From Cyanidioschyzon merolae (Eukaryota): a stretch of DNA of 64,000 nt. The notes below the pieces were generated by a model. It did not search any database. It was not told where the DNA came from and saw nothing but the letters and a program-made list of their open reading frames with translations. The position numbers and the translations under genes are program-made. The stretch lies in the NCBI GenBank assembly GCA_000091205.1, contig AP006502.2, one strand, 5' to 3'. Below are positions 44,143-56,637 of the stretch, piece by piece (the first letter of the stretch is position 1; each line of letters opens with the position of its first letter).

Positions 44143-44644
44143 ATCTTGACTGTAAATCACCGCCATGCATGCATGTTTGCATGAATCCATGCTTCCATAA
44201 CGTACGTCATGGTCGATCACCGCACTGTCACAGCGATCACTGGCTATCAAGGAACACATGCACACGACTCCACGAATGCTCCGACTGGGCAGGATGATCC
44301 GCCGTCCGCCAGAGACGACGCACACCGCCCAGCGCCTGAGGATGTACTCGCGGAGACGCCGCGACACCCGAACACCCACTAAAATAGCCCCGGCGATCGA
44401 ATCACGCCTCCAGCGACCGCTGCAGTGCATGCAGCGTTGTAGCAACCGGGCACCGGGTGCTCGAGAAACACGAGGCCGCTCGATCGCTCCTAGCCTCGAT
44501 GACCAACGGTAGCGAGTAAGCAGCCGAGGGAGCGCTCAAACTTCTACGGATCAACAGTTATCTGCTGCAGAGTTATCGGGAGTCCATACTTGACCAAACC
44601 AACACGGTTCGACGCGCACCTGTTTTCCTCGGCAGGATAAGCGC

Positions 44645-46134
44645 ATGTCTGCATGCGGATGCACCACTCTGCGCACCAGAGAACAGGGTGCCGGATCGAA
44701 TCGCCTGCAGCGCCGCAGATGCACCACACGAAGAAGTCGTGACCCGCCGGCGCGGTACGAGCGCACTACGCGCAGCATTCGAGCAGCGCTGTTGTGCACC
44801 AGCGTTGACGACTGCCAGAACACTCTTCCGGAAAACCTATTCCACAATCAGAACACGAGGCAGTCGCTTAAAATAATGCTTACTTTCGAAGCGTTTGTAG
44901 CGGGTGCTATCTGGGATATTGAGCGCAATGGCTCGTGGCTGGCACCGCGCTGGCGCCGGTCAAGCGTGAAGCGTCGGGCGCCGTTGGGGCAGCGCCCGCC
45001 CGTGAGCGGAACCCGGAACTTGGCGGGAAAAGAGCCAAGCGGACCAGCACGGTCGGAGGGTCCTTTCTTTACCTCCAAATGGGGACGCTCCGAGAGCAGT
45101 CAAGCGGGATCTCAGGCCGGTGCAGGTCGCCAAAAGTTCTTGAACAAGAGCGAGCGCGTTCCCGAGCCGCTCGAAGACCCACTGTTCGAGTCACTGCTGG
45201 GACCGGAGCCCGCTGAGAAGCGCAGCAAACACAAGTCTTCAAAGAAACAGTCCGTAGACAGGCTGGTGCGAGGAAAGCAAAAGTACTTTTTCGAAGGCGC
45301 AGTATCTGAGACGGAAGCGTACAACATGTTTGCGAACTTGCTAGAGAGCGAGTCGCTCACGCAATATGCTGCCCGTGCAGAGGTCGAATGGTTCGATGCG
45401 AAGCGCCTTGAGGCAGCGTCTAAGAATAGGCGTGGATTCCCCTCCGTTGGCGAGATCCAGGACCTCCTGTACGATGAACTCATCGACACCGACGGCAAAC
45501 GGTGGCGCGAGACCGTTGTGCCATCGGACAATCGCGTGCTCCTTGTCTTGTTTCAGGTTTCCCCGATTGACGTGGAATTTCCCAGATACTTGGAACATTT
45601 TCACGCTGCGTTAAATCTGACGCCAACGGATGCTATCCATTTGATCGCGGTTTCGCGGGAGAAGCCATCAACGAATCGCAAAACGATGCGCAAGCTGAAC
45701 TTACGCTTTCCGCTTTTGAGCGATGAGCAGGGTGCACTTGGTGCGCTTTTTGGGACAGGAAATAAGCCCCATATGTTGATTTTCTATCGAGAGAAAACGC
45801 CGAGCGGCATCGAGGGTTGGTTCTTCGATCGCTGTGCGCGCGCCGAACTACCCAGCAAACTTTTGGAGAACACCGTTGACTATGCCCGCAAGCTAGTTGC
45901 CCAACGATTGCAGGCGAGCATGCGGGCAAAGCAGAATCCGACGAGCACCGGCGCCAGAGCGGCTGGCACTGATTCCGTTGCGAACACAGGAATGCAACCG
46001 GTGCCGCCGGGACCAGGTGCGTCACGCTCGCCGCAGGCCGCTGGTGCCCAGGCGACGTCCACGTCGACCGCGGGTGCCGCAGCACCAGAGCGCAGGATCG
46101 GACAGAATCCTCCGGCAGCAGGGCGCACTGAACT

Positions 46135-46165
<31 letters not shown>

Positions 46166-46618
46166 AGCGGTGCCTCTGCATCGACACCAACCGCTGCCGA
46201 GAGACTCTCTGCGGCATCGAAAGCGGTACCGCTGGCAGATCGAACGTCTTCGACACCCGCAGCAGCGGGTCGCGGCACCGTATCAAAAAACGAGGCCAGG
46301 GCGCGGCTCGTGCTTAATCACTCAACACACTTGGAAGGCCTCATTAGCGTTTTAGAGCGGCTGGCGGTCTATGAAAGCATTCGCAAAATCGTTCCAGGAA
46401 GACTTTACACGGCACGGAGCAATGCAGAGCGCTTGAGCATTCGCGTCACCGTGCCTGTCGCTGGAGGTTGGAAGCTTGTCGCTCGCAAGGGAACGCAAGT
46501 TCAGGATGTGTTCGTTACCCTGGAAAGTCCCTCAAGCGCGTATGCAGTGGCCCACCAGAGATCCATTTTATCAAAGGAGCAATTGCAGCGACTCGTCGAC
46601 GAGGCCATTGCGGCCTGA
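44645..46618 (+). CDS. Protein with a redoxin/AhpC-TSA-like thioredoxin-fold domain (catalytic Cys absent) and a C-terminal low-complexity region including poly-Gln. The true start is probably downstream, for example the Met near 44875.
   Basis: 'VVPSDNRVLLVLFQVSPIDVEFPRYLEHFHAALNLTPTDAIHLIAVSREKPSTNRKTMRKLNLRFPLLSDEQGALGALFGT...HMLIFYRE' has the layout of a peroxiredoxin/BCP domain. The position of the peroxidatic Cys carries 'VSP'. 'QQQQQQQQQQQ' at 46132-46165. Confidence 0.45.
46132..46165 (+). repeat. (CAG)11 microsatellite (poly-Gln) within the ORF
   Basis: Direct reading. Confidence 0.9.
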
Positions 46619-47000
46619 CCTCAAAGACCCGCGACACGCAATTTCTGAGCAGTCTCTAGCCAGCAAAGTTCCGATGACTACCGTGAAGGCTGGGCCAAAT
46701 TTGCCGACTATCGAATTTGGCTCGCAAATGGCGGCTCTTGTGCGTCGCTGATGCGTAAAACACAGAACGCTGGGGCTCTGTGGCTGGCTCTGGTGCAGGC
46801 TCATCCCGCGGAGGGATTTGGGCGTCTTCCACATGTCCACGAGTTCAGCAACGTAGCGTCCACCAGGACAAGTGCCCAGAACGCAATTCGTCATACTGCG
46901 TATGGTCGACGCTTGCGTATGCTGCCGTGGCTGCCAGGGCCCTCGAACGCCTCCTCTGCCGTCAACAGCGTTCCGTGTACACAAAAAAGCGGTTCGCGTG

Positions 47001-47022
47001 ACACACACACACACACACACAC
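47001..47022. repeat. (AC)11 microsatellite
   Basis: Direct reading. Confidence 0.9.
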
Positions 47023-48612
47023 GACTCGCTCGAGAGCGGCACGTTAGCCTCAGCCCTCAGGTCTCCATGTCCTTTTGTAGACGCTTGCAAGCGAGAGCCT
47101 ATCAGTCATCTCAGAATAAAATGGAACGGCCTCTCGAACTCGGGCGTACACTCCAATGTTTGGATGTTGTCCCGTGATTTTCAACACCAGCTTTTGCGGG
47201 ATTTTCTTTTCTGTGACCGCTTCCGTTTCGTATCTCTTACTTCCGGCTTTCAAGATGCGGGTCACTCCTGTCCCTCGAGCTCCACTGGAAACAGTCGGGG
47301 GATATTGATGGCAGCTTTTTCGTCCCGATTTGGCCGCCTCCAGCACTTGTCGACGCAGTTGACGTTCAGGTGAAAGTTGCGATCCTCGATTCGCTTGCGA
47401 TTCCCATCTTTATTGGAAGTAGTTATGGTGCGCCCTTCACAAAGCAAATGATTGGCCGTTGTTCGGTGTTCCCCTGGATCCACTGGACCTCATCGACCGA
47501 GCGCCATCGTGCGGCTCGTGAAATCCTGCCTCAGCGCTCGGCACCGGCCCATGACGGGTACAGTACGCTGCACTCGATGTCATCGCCTGTTTCCGCGCCC
47601 GATACCGTACCCTTCCATCACGTAGTTCCGCTGAGCGATTCTCTGAAACAGTACGTTGTCTGCCGTACAAGCAAACGCGCTTTGTTCCATTTGATAGAGG
47701 ATTTATGGAATACGATGTTGTCTATGATGAAATAAAATGCGGGAAGGACGATCCACGCTGAGGAACATCTCGAACAATGGCGATCCGGTCTACGCTTCCT
47801 TCATGAAAAGTGATGTCGTATGCTCCATTGGTATCGATTGCTGCGATGACGCAAGTGCTAGTCCGAGACACCTTTCCATGCAAATAGGAGAAACACGAAC
47901 ATATTCGAGAATATCTAGTAAGATGTATCATGGTGGTGCTGCCGAAAACAATGTCTTCGATGCTCGCACCGGGAAGACCGTTTGTCTTTCGAATGGGAGA
48001 GATTATTTGGCGCGACAAGTTCACCGAGATCCCCGCACAAGCGTATAACCAAGTCGTCCAGGGACGGTTTCAAGTGTCTTCCGTCGTCAATTGAGCGACA
48101 CGGCTAGCTGCGCCCACGAGTTACCTTGAAAAACCAAGATGGAAAACTTGAAGAACGGATGATTCTAGGCATGCATTAGATGATGATATCGATATTTTAC
48201 GAAACCTTGTGCGAGGCCGTCATGAACCAGTTGGATTCGGGTCACGTCACGAATTCCAGCGGCAGGGCGTCGAACGTGCCACATCCCGAAACACAACCGT
48301 GGATCCCGCATCGACTTTTGAACCCGATAAACCTCTTCGCATTACTAGGAATGCTGAGGTCTTACATTTAGAAGAACTCGGGAACAATCGCAAGCTAGAA
48401 CAGAGCGAGTCGTTCAGTGCTATTTTCTATGAAGGTGACGCGGGTGTCGAGCGCCCGGACGCGCAGCCCCTGGTGCGACCATACCAACTGTTCCGCTCCC
48501 GCTGCACAGATACGCGTTTCCGCTTCTAAAATAGGTCTAGGAAGCTGCCGCGGGACGGGAACGCTTTTCGTCGTTCCCAAACCCGGCTGGGTCCGCCGGC
48601 TCGGTACACAGC

Positions 48613-49983
48613 ATGTCCAAAAAAACAAGTGACGACCAACGCCAAACAGTCAGCAAGTCAAGAGCTGTGGCTTTCATTCACCCGGATCTCGGGCTCGGTG
48701 GAGCCGAGCGTCTCGTCGTGGACACAGCGCTTGAACTACGCGCGCGACACCATACCGTCGTCCTGTACACGCTGCATCTGGACCCTCAGCGCTGCTTTTC
48801 TCATGTTCTAGATGGTTCTTGTGGGAAAGTGGTTTGTGTAGAGAACCGTGTGATACGTTTCATTAGACGTTTCGTCTGGGGACACGCGTTGCGCGCTGCG
48901 CTCTCCTGCGCAGTGCTGGCGGCAAGCGTGCCGCTCGACTATGATGTCGTCTTCGTGGACCTGGTTGCAATACCGCTCATGATTCTATGGTGGAAGAGGT
49001 TCCTGCAAAGGATCAGCTTGCACTGGAAAACGAGTCGGTACCTGGAAGCCGACGCCGCACGAAGATCCCGTCCTCGACCGCTTCTCGTGTACTATTGCCA
49101 TTTTCCCGATCGTCTGCTGGCACCTGGTGCCTCTTTCGAAAGCGTACCCACTGGCGTTGGTCCACCCAAACAATCGGAGACCTGGTGGCGACGCTGGCTG
49201 CGCAGTCTCTATCGCAGCGTTGTGGACAGCCTAGAAGCCTGCAGCATCGCGCACGCAGATAGGATCCTGGTGAATAGTCAGTTTACAAGTCGAGTCGTCG
49301 AGAGAACGTTTCCTCGAGCAACTCGGAGCCGAAAGCCGTGCGTCTTGTATCCGCCAGTACCTGCATCGCCGGCGGATGTGAGCGAACCCCGCATACCCGA
49401 CATGGTTCCCAAGCGCCCGTTCCTTCTCTGCATCAGTCGCTTTGAACGGAAGAAAAGGATGGAACTGGCGGTCCACGCACTCGCTCTACTCTATCAGGAT
49501 ACACGAGTGCGTGAAAGGCGGGTAATGCTAGTGATTGCCGGCGGCTATGACGAACGATTGACTGAGAACGTCGAATACCATGCAGATTTGCAAAAGCTTG
49601 CCGAAAAACTCGGCATCACGGAGGCGGTGATTTTCGCTCCCAACGTCAGTGATGCGGCTCGTGACGCCCTACTTTCACGCTGCGTGGCGTTGGTGTACAC
49701 GCCATCCTTTGAGCATTTCGGTATCGTGCCCTTAGAAGCGATGCGAGCGGGGAAGCCGGTCGTCGCCTGTAACAGCGGTGGTCCACGGGAAACCGTTGTC
49801 CACGAGGTGACGGGGCTGTTGTGCGACGAGCCGGTCACCCCAGAGGCGTTCTCACAAGCGCTCAAATCGCTTGTGATGGACGAGGAAAAGCGGCAACGGC
49901 TTGGTCAGAATGCACGGGAGCGCGCAGTGCAATGTTTCTCCCGTAAGGTCTTCGGAGATCAACTCGTCTCTCTTCTCGGTTGA
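48613..49983 (+). CDS. ALG2: Alpha-1,3/1,6-mannosyltransferase ALG2 (GT4)
   Basis: 'VAFIHPDLGLGGAERLVVDTALEL' is the ALG2 N-terminal signature. The GT4 C-terminal part reads 'EHFGIVPLEAMRAGKPVVACNSGGPRETVVHEVTGLL'. Confidence 0.9.
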   Translation: MSKKTSDDQRQTVSKSRAVAFIHPDLGLGGAERLVVDTALELRARHHTVVLYTLHLDPQRCFSHVLDGSCGKVVCVENRVIRFIRRFVWGHALRAALSCAVLAASVPLDYDVVFVDLVAIPLMILWWKRFLQRISLHWKTSRYLEADAARRSRPRPLLVYYCHFPDRLLAPGASFESVPTGVGPPKQSETWWRRWLRSLYRSVVDSLEACSIAHADRILVNSQFTSRVVERTFPRATRSRKPCVLYPPVPASPADVSEPRIPDMVPKRPFLLCISRFERKKRMELAVHALALLYQDTRVRERRVMLVIAGGYDERLTENVEYHADLQKLAEKLGITEAVIFAPNVSDAARDALLSRCVALVYTPSFEHFGIVPLEAMRAGKPVVACNSGGPRETVVHEVTGLLCDEPVTPEAFSQALKSLVMDEEKRQRLGQNARERAVQCFSRKVFGDQLVSLLG

Positions 49984-51121
49984 GGATGCCATCGGAAGCC
50001 AGCAACGGGCGACGAGGCCGTGGCATTCGCAGCGCGCGCACTTGTCGTCTTGCGATTCCGCGTGCGGGCGTCAGAGTCGCGAATGCGCATGCGCGAGAGA
50101 GTACGCATCCGCCGCGCGCGCGTAGCACTTGACCGCGTGCCAGCCGCATCGCCATGCTTCATGGATCGAAGTGGCACCCAGAGCGGATGCTTTCGGGCAC
50201 CTTACGCTCGCGCCTGGATCCGTGCATAACTGGCGTCGTCATTCCCGCGTTAAACCGTGCCAACACGCTGGCAACTCCACCGGGTTTACCGATTCCAGAA
50301 ACACAAACCAGGAAGGAGCTCGCCAGCGAAATCCTTCCGCGTCCGAAAAGAAAACCGAACCCATTGGTAGCCGCCCCTGAACCTGGTGCATATCACGTGG
50401 ATACCGACCATGAACATGCGTTTCGCCGCGGCGCTGGCGAAGATGCGGCGCGCGGGTCCATGGCGTCGAATGATCGCGCACGCACAGGTCGATGGATAGA
50501 CTGGGACACGTGTCCACGGATGGGCGTTCCCGCGAAGCAGTCGTTCCGCGTACGCACCTGAGGGCCATTCGTGGACCGGTAGCCGGCGTTCCGTGTGCCG
50601 GAATCGTACGCGCTTCCATGTATGTACGTTTTGTGTCCTATCGCCGCGGCGATGCTCAGCTGCGTTTCCTGAATGGGCGTTACCCGGGCCGGATCTCTTT
50701 TTCCGGTGCTGTGCTGGGAGCCGTTTCGCCAGGAACCTTCCGCGACCTTGCTCGATTGGCTTGATAATTATCGAAGCATATCATCGGCCGCAGGGAAACA
50801 TGACTGCATGCGTGATGGCGTCGAATGCTAGCGCCGTGCGGAAGCCGCGCATACCGGGGTACACGAGCCCCGGGGCCGATATCGACGCCATGCCGGCAGC
50901 AGCGCAGGTAGCGTAGGCTGCGTTTTCGCTCGAGGAGACCGCTTCCAGAGCCGGTTCATGGAATGCCTGGGGCGATCGACTTATTCGTTTTCAGTCTTAT
51001 GGACTCGATTGGGACCGAATACCTCGACTTGAATCCGGAGAACGTTGCACCACCGTGTGCTTGCGTACCAGCGCGATCTGAGACACGTACGAGCGACAAA
51101 CCTGCGTCTCGAAGGACCGCA

Positions 51122-52423
51122 CTAGTCTTGGTCCCAGTCAGGTCGCTCCCAGAAATAGCGTGGTGAAGCATCCGTCTTGGCGGTGAGCACCTCCACGCCC
51201 GCGTTCGTTACCAGCAGCGTTTCCTCGAACTGGGCAGAGCGTCCGCCATCGCTCGTTACTGCTGTCCACTGGTCCGGCCAGAGAACGTCACGTGCACTGC
51301 CCTGACAAATCATCGGCTCAATGGTGAACGTATTCCCGGCCCGGGCCACACCAGGAGTTTTGTTTTTCCGGTAGTGGGGAATATTCGGAGCCGCATGGAA
51401 TAGCCGATGGATGCCGTGGCCACAATACGTTCGTACAACATTGTGCCCCAGTTTCTGCGCTTGCTCCTCAACCGCTGCCCCAATATCCCGGAAAGCTAGG
51501 CCCGGTTTCACGATGCGAATACCAGCTTGCAGACAGTCGTATGCGTTTTTGACCAAAATTCGAGAGGCTCGGTCAACATGGCCCACCAGAAACGTCTCAT
51601 TCAGGTCACCGTGGAAGCCGTCCACATAAAGCGTCACATCAATGTTGACAATATCTCCATCTTCTAGAGGCCTACAGTCCGGGATCCCGTGGCATATGAC
51701 TTCGTTCACGGAAGTGCAACACGACTTGGGAAAGCCGTAGTAGTTCAGCGGCGACGGGTACGCACCGCGAGCGATGCACGCCTCGTGAACGACTGCATCG
51801 AGCTCGTCCGTGGTTACGCCAACGTCAACAGCCTTGCCCGCAAGATCGAGCACCTCACGCGCAAGTCTGCACGCTCGACGCATACCCTCGATCTCGTGCG
51901 GACGCAGACACGGTATCTGGTTGGAACGCTTCGCCGCCTCCTCCGCGGCCGATACCCCGGTCTCTGCGTAGTCCGGCCGCGGAATCGTCGGCGGTACCGC
52001 TCGCTGAGGCGTTACTTTCCAGGGTCGCAGTGGGCCGGTGTACCCTGCGTAGCCGTGAAAACAGGGCGGAGGGTCCGCCGCGCTATCGTTCACCTCGTTT
52101 ACCGTTGCAGTGTGGTTACGCTGCAAGCTTCTCGCAAGCAACGCCAGGTGCAGGCGCTGGTGCAACGGCCACGTTCGGTTGAAACAAGCAACCGAGCAGA
52201 AAAACGCAGGAGGACCCTTGAACCCCAGTCGAGTACACACCGGGCAGCGGTACCTACCCAGGTGTTTACAGGCGGCGGCGGCACAGTGGCGCTCTTGACA
52301 AGCGTCCGCTGGACACTTCTCGAGCTGCACCGGTGCGGCTGCGTTCAGCGACTCGTCGGTGGTTTGTGGTGTACCCCACTTTGACGGAGCATCGAGAGCG
52401 CCATTCTTGCTCTTGGAGCTCAT
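51122..52423 (-). CDS. Methionine aminopeptidase type 1 with an N-terminal zinc finger
   Basis: The Cys/His-rich N-terminus 'CPADACQERHCAAAACKHLGRYRCPVCTRLGFKGPPAFFCSVACFNRTWPLHQRLH' is typical of eukaryotic MetAP1. The pita-bread core carries 'VNEVICHGIPDCRPLEDGDIVNIDVTLYVDGFHGDLNETF' and 'GHGIHRLFHAAP'. Confidence 0.9.
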   Translation of the reverse strand: MSSKSKNGALDAPSKWGTPQTTDESLNAAAPVQLEKCPADACQERHCAAAACKHLGRYRCPVCTRLGFKGPPAFFCSVACFNRTWPLHQRLHLALLARSLQRNHTATVNEVNDSAADPPPCFHGYAGYTGPLRPWKVTPQRAVPPTIPRPDYAETGVSAAEEAAKRSNQIPCLRPHEIEGMRRACRLAREVLDLAGKAVDVGVTTDELDAVVHEACIARGAYPSPLNYYGFPKSCCTSVNEVICHGIPDCRPLEDGDIVNIDVTLYVDGFHGDLNETFLVGHVDRASRILVKNAYDCLQAGIRIVKPGLAFRDIGAAVEEQAQKLGHNVVRTYCGHGIHRLFHAAPNIPHYRKNKTPGVARAGNTFTIEPMICQGSARDVLWPDQWTAVTSDGGRSAQFEETLLVTNAGVEVLTAKTDASPRYFWERPDWDQD

Positions 52424-52886
52424 GCCTCTACACTAGACCAGGTCTGGTCTCTGGTACAGCCACAGCACTGGCCTCGGGGCGCTCGTACCGAAAGGGGGCA
52501 AGCACAGCATCCCCACCGACCGGCGTTCTGGATCGTGGAGACGCAGGGCGGCGCGCCGTTCTCTTTCGTTCTCTGTATATCGAGACGATACCAGGGGCAT
52601 CCGGCAGCTCGCTGGAGCTCACCTGTATGTTATACCGAACCGGACGCAGCGGTTGAGCTGATGCGTCGTTCCGTGTCACTAGTTGCAGTCGCGCGCCTGT
52701 TACGTGTTGGCTAGGTCTCTCACTTCCCGTCGCATAAAGAGTAACGGGCGGAGCGCTTCCTCCAGCGTGGGTTGTTCAAGGTCAGGCGCTCGCTATTTTG
52801 ATGCTGGCTGACTACTGGCTTGTGAAGCGGTCTCGTAGACGTGTGGCAGGACGCCCGCAGTGAGCAACTGGTAAGCGTCTGCTCCT

Positions 52887-54488
52887 GTGGGAACAGAGAC
52901 TGTTCGCGCTGCTACCATGCGTGACCAGCAGCAGCTTGCTGGACGTCCGCGAAAACGTCGTTTCAGTGCTGTGAATCATCTAGATGCAGACTCCGGTGTG
53001 GGATCAACTGGAACTAATGCGGCTGCCGGTAGTCAGGTTTCTTCATTTTTGACCGCACTCGCTGGAAAGCGTCACACCGCTGATACCGAGCGCTCAACTG
53101 GAAACCAGTTGGCTGCCGCTGGCCAGGTTGCCTCCTTTTTGACTGTGTTAGCTGGCAAGCGAACCAGCGCTGATGCTCCGTCTTCATTCTCTGCTCATGG
53201 AAGAACGACCAGTGCGTCGCAAACAGCAGTTGCCAGGGAGAACCCTTATGTTAGTGAGCCGCTGTTACAGGCACTCAGAGAAAGCGGCCTAGCGGATAAA
53301 CGCCGGCAGCTACACGAGTATGTGCCAGGTTCGTGGATTCGATGGGCGCATCATCTGCGTCTCCAGCGGCAAAACGAGATCGAATGGGAGAAATGGTTGC
53401 GATATGGTATGAATGTCACGAGTCTCGCAGTGAGCGAAGCAAGAGCACCGCACTACTTGGTTGCTGAGACGATGCTCCCGTCCAGGAGTAGTCACGAGAC
53501 GCAACTGGAACCATGGGATGAACTCTTGGTTGCTACCTCTTCAACAGCTTGCTCCTATGCGGAGGCGCTGAAAATGGCGACGCTCTTCGATCCGACACAG
53601 GAGGCGTTTCGCCGGCCTTTTGACGCCACGTCCCTTGCCAGGTTCATTCAGGCGCCACCATATCCAAATTGTATGAGCATCGACTTGACGCTGCCAGAGG
53701 AGCGACGACGCATTCGGCGCGCAAGAAGGCTCCAGAAACGACAGGAAATGGAGCATCTGAGACGCGCTGGCGCTGCTCCGCCGCCACTTGCTCACCGACG
53801 AGCCTTCCACGGGGTGCTAGCGGCCCTGGAAGCGCGACAGACGCGAGCTGGCGCCGCCTACGGGGCCTTGGCCACAGACCAACTGCGTCAGGTTGCGCAA
53901 GCGATGGTAACAGAGCGCATGCGCCAGCATGAGGCACGGAACGAAGCGAACAAACGTTCCGCCGCAGAGCGTGCGCTTGCGCGGAAACAGAAGCTAGAGC
54001 GAGACCGTCAAAGAGGCCTCGTCACGAAAGTGTACGCGCTCTGGACAAAAGGTATGACGAGTCCGAACGTGCGGCGCTTGCTTTTCCAGCTGTCAGCAGC
54101 TGCGGAGCGAATTGGTGTGAACGGTTTTATTCTGGAATGGCGGGAACGTTTCTTCAAGCACTGGGCAGGTGGCCTTCGATTTGCGGTCTTCATCGCCATC
54201 CAGGGTGGTGAAACCGCGACTCGCCAATGGGATGCTCTCCTCGAGCGACGGATGTCTCATACGGAAGATCGACTGCTTCTCGATCGTGTATGGCAAAGCA
54301 CCTGGATCAGGGTTCTAGCAGGCGCCGCCCCAGTGACACTGCGGGGTGTGTCCTCGGAGGACAGCGCCCGGATGCTCACATTCGAGGCGCAAGTCGCTGA
54401 ACTGTATGATATTGCACGCGCACGTTTCCTCTTGCATGTCGCAAAAGACACCTCTACGCCAGAGCGGAATGAGCATGATCTGTTTTAG
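52887..54488 (+). CDS. Hypothetical protein (533 aa) with a charged, coiled-coil-like middle region
   Basis: A long ORF with the R/E/Q-rich stretch 'RRRIRRARRLQKRQEMEHLRRAG...RQHEARNEANKRSAAERALARKQKLERDRQRG'. No recognised domain. Confidence 0.35.
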   Translation: MGTETVRAATMRDQQQLAGRPRKRRFSAVNHLDADSGVGSTGTNAAAGSQVSSFLTALAGKRHTADTERSTGNQLAAAGQVASFLTVLAGKRTSADAPSSFSAHGRTTSASQTAVARENPYVSEPLLQALRESGLADKRRQLHEYVPGSWIRWAHHLRLQRQNEIEWEKWLRYGMNVTSLAVSEARAPHYLVAETMLPSRSSHETQLEPWDELLVATSSTACSYAEALKMATLFDPTQEAFRRPFDATSLARFIQAPPYPNCMSIDLTLPEERRRIRRARRLQKRQEMEHLRRAGAAPPPLAHRRAFHGVLAALEARQTRAGAAYGALATDQLRQVAQAMVTERMRQHEARNEANKRSAAERALARKQKLERDRQRGLVTKVYALWTKGMTSPNVRRLLFQLSAAAERIGVNGFILEWRERFFKHWAGGLRFAVFIAIQGGETATRQWDALLERRMSHTEDRLLLDRVWQSTWIRVLAGAAPVTLRGVSSEDSARMLTFEAQVAELYDIARARFLLHVAKDTSTPERNEHDLF

Positions 54489-54959
54489 TGAGGCACAGCA
54501 CAAAGTACCAAACGCTCTCCGCAAAAGATACCACTGCAATCGATTGGAAAGAGTATGTCCTGTTAGGGTGAAGCGGGCACGACAGGAAACGCTTCCCCAG
54601 CGTTTCCTCTTCCCAGGGAGCATGTGATCCAGGTTTTCGCCTACGGACATCTATCCTACTCGAATTCCAGACGTTTCTTTTGCATGCGACAACTCCAGTG
54701 CCGCGTTAAGCGGGTATTACATGATTCGCGAGGCGCTTAGAGCACGTCCAGAAGACGCGAGGCAGGCGTCCCATCTACGTGCATCCAGATCGAGGGAATG
54801 CGTCCGAAGTTGCCCCTGGCGAAGAAAAGCTCTCGTCACCTGTGTGTCCATAAACACACGACGCTAGGCCGCAGTGTTTTTGCTGCCGTTTGGAATCCTG
54901 TTGGTACAGGTCTATCGTTGAAGTCTTCATCGATGCGCTGCAGATGCGGAAGCAGCCTA

Positions 54960-56249
54960 CTAAATTTCTTCAACGAGACGCCGTTCATGGCGCTGATTCT
55001 CAACGGATCCACCGAGCGGCACCCGGAGAGAGAGCGTCGTCGGTGCAGAGGCGGCCCGCAGAGGTACGAGGGTCCCATCCAGACGAAGCCGAAGCAACAC
55101 CGTTTCCGAACAAGTTGGAGTACCAGCTTGGAATACACCTTCCTCTACTGCGTGAATTGAAAGCGAGTCCCCGGAAACACCTGGAGAAACGTACCGAAGC
55201 AAACCTCGATGAAACGCGGTCCGATGCCCGTCGAGGCATCGGCGGTATGCTGGTTCCCAGCGAAGGCGCCAGCCCCAATGGGTGCCTATGGCTCGAAGCA
55301 CAGCACTTTCGAGCGTTTCAACTACCGGTTGCCATGATCGATATGCTGTTCGTAAACAGGCTGGCAGGCGTACATCGAGCACGTCAACGAGCTCGGTGGC
55401 GGCGGGAGCAGGCACCGAGGCCTCAACGCCGCGAGCCCCCACACGGTCAAGCGGAAAGCTTCTTCGCTGGATGCGAGCTACCAACACTGTATCTGCAGTG
55501 CCGACGAGGTTTCCGTTTGCTGTCAATTGCAGATCAGCATAGGACGGATGGACCAGCTCCGAGTCCGGAGAGAAGCGCCAATGGATGTAGACTTGTTGAT
55601 CGAACTCCCGGCTCGTCATCGTACACGCTGCATTTCCCAGTGATACTAGGTCCATCTGCTGCTCCAGGTCTCTTTGCAGGACCCGGAGCCAGTGCAGGAC
55701 GCTGTAGCGCTGCCTCAACGAAAGTACAGTCTGCACGAGAGTATCGGGAACGGAGCTCGAGGTGGGTGTGGCGCTTTCCTCGCCAGGGGGCTCGGTATGT
55801 TTGCGCGACAACGCCTCGACCTGGTCCAGAGCAAGCAGGCGCCGCCACCGCTGACTTGACACGGTTTGCGCGGTACCCCGTATTCGAAGCAAACGCAAGA
55901 GGTCTGCCTTGACGTCCAGGATTCCAAGAGCCTCGCTTTCGTTTGCGGCTATTCTTTCCAGTTCCCGTTCGAATGCTTCCGGGTCCAGTTCGAAGAGTTC
56001 GAGAGCCACTGTGGCCACAGCGCCGAGCTCATGCTTTAGATCTTCAAGGATTGCTCTCAGGAGTGCAGCTGGAACAAGAGGTGCGGGGGTTACCTCCGAT
56101 TTCGACGTCGGCAGCCGTGCGTCGCCTTGGAGGCGCTCCGCAAAACATAGCACCGTGCACAGGACGACATACCGAAGCAGCGTGCCTTGGCTAGCGCGTG
56201 CTTCCACGCTGGCGGTACTCTCCGCGGCATACCCTCCCGTGGTGTCCAT
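54960..56249 (-). CDS. Hypothetical protein (429 aa)
   Basis: A long ORF on the same strand as the downstream CbbX gene. The opposite-strand ORF 54890..55912 is probably an artefact. No motif recognised. Confidence 0.3.
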   Translation of the reverse strand: MDTTGGYAAESTASVEARASQGTLLRYVVLCTVLCFAERLQGDARLPTSKSEVTPAPLVPAALLRAILEDLKHELGAVATVALELFELDPEAFERELERIAANESEALGILDVKADLLRLLRIRGTAQTVSSQRWRRLLALDQVEALSRKHTEPPGEESATPTSSSVPDTLVQTVLSLRQRYSVLHWLRVLQRDLEQQMDLVSLGNAACTMTSREFDQQVYIHWRFSPDSELVHPSYADLQLTANGNLVGTADTVLVARIQRRSFPLDRVGARGVEASVPAPAATELVDVLDVRLPACLRTAYRSWQPVVETLESAVLRAIGTHWGWRLRWEPAYRRCLDGHRTAFHRGLLRYVSPGVSGDSLSIHAVEEGVFQAGTPTCSETVLLRLRLDGTLVPLRAASAPTTLSLRVPLGGSVENQRHERRLVEEI

Positions 56250-56637
56250 AAACGCGGTCCACTGCTTCGGTACTCGCCAACGCGAGTACTCGGAGAACGC
56301 TGTTCACGGAGAGCAAGTCTTGAACCGCCGGGTACTCGTGCGTCCAGTGCGTTGCCAGCCAACTGGATGGTGGTCGTTCAGCGCGCTCGCGCTTCAACCG
56401 CGTACACCGTCATTATCCCGGGAGGTCAAAGCCTGGTGCTCCGACTCAAGCCGCACATATGAGTTACGACTTTACGTGCTTTAGACTTGAAACGACATGT
56501 GTCCAGTTGTCATTGGACCTGTCTCTGCAGTACACGTTCTGAACCAACATGGTACCTCCTATCCTGAGCAATACAGCGCGTTCGCCAAGTACGGAGTCGC
56601 CCTTCCCACACGCACTGAGTTATCCTTGCAACGACGC

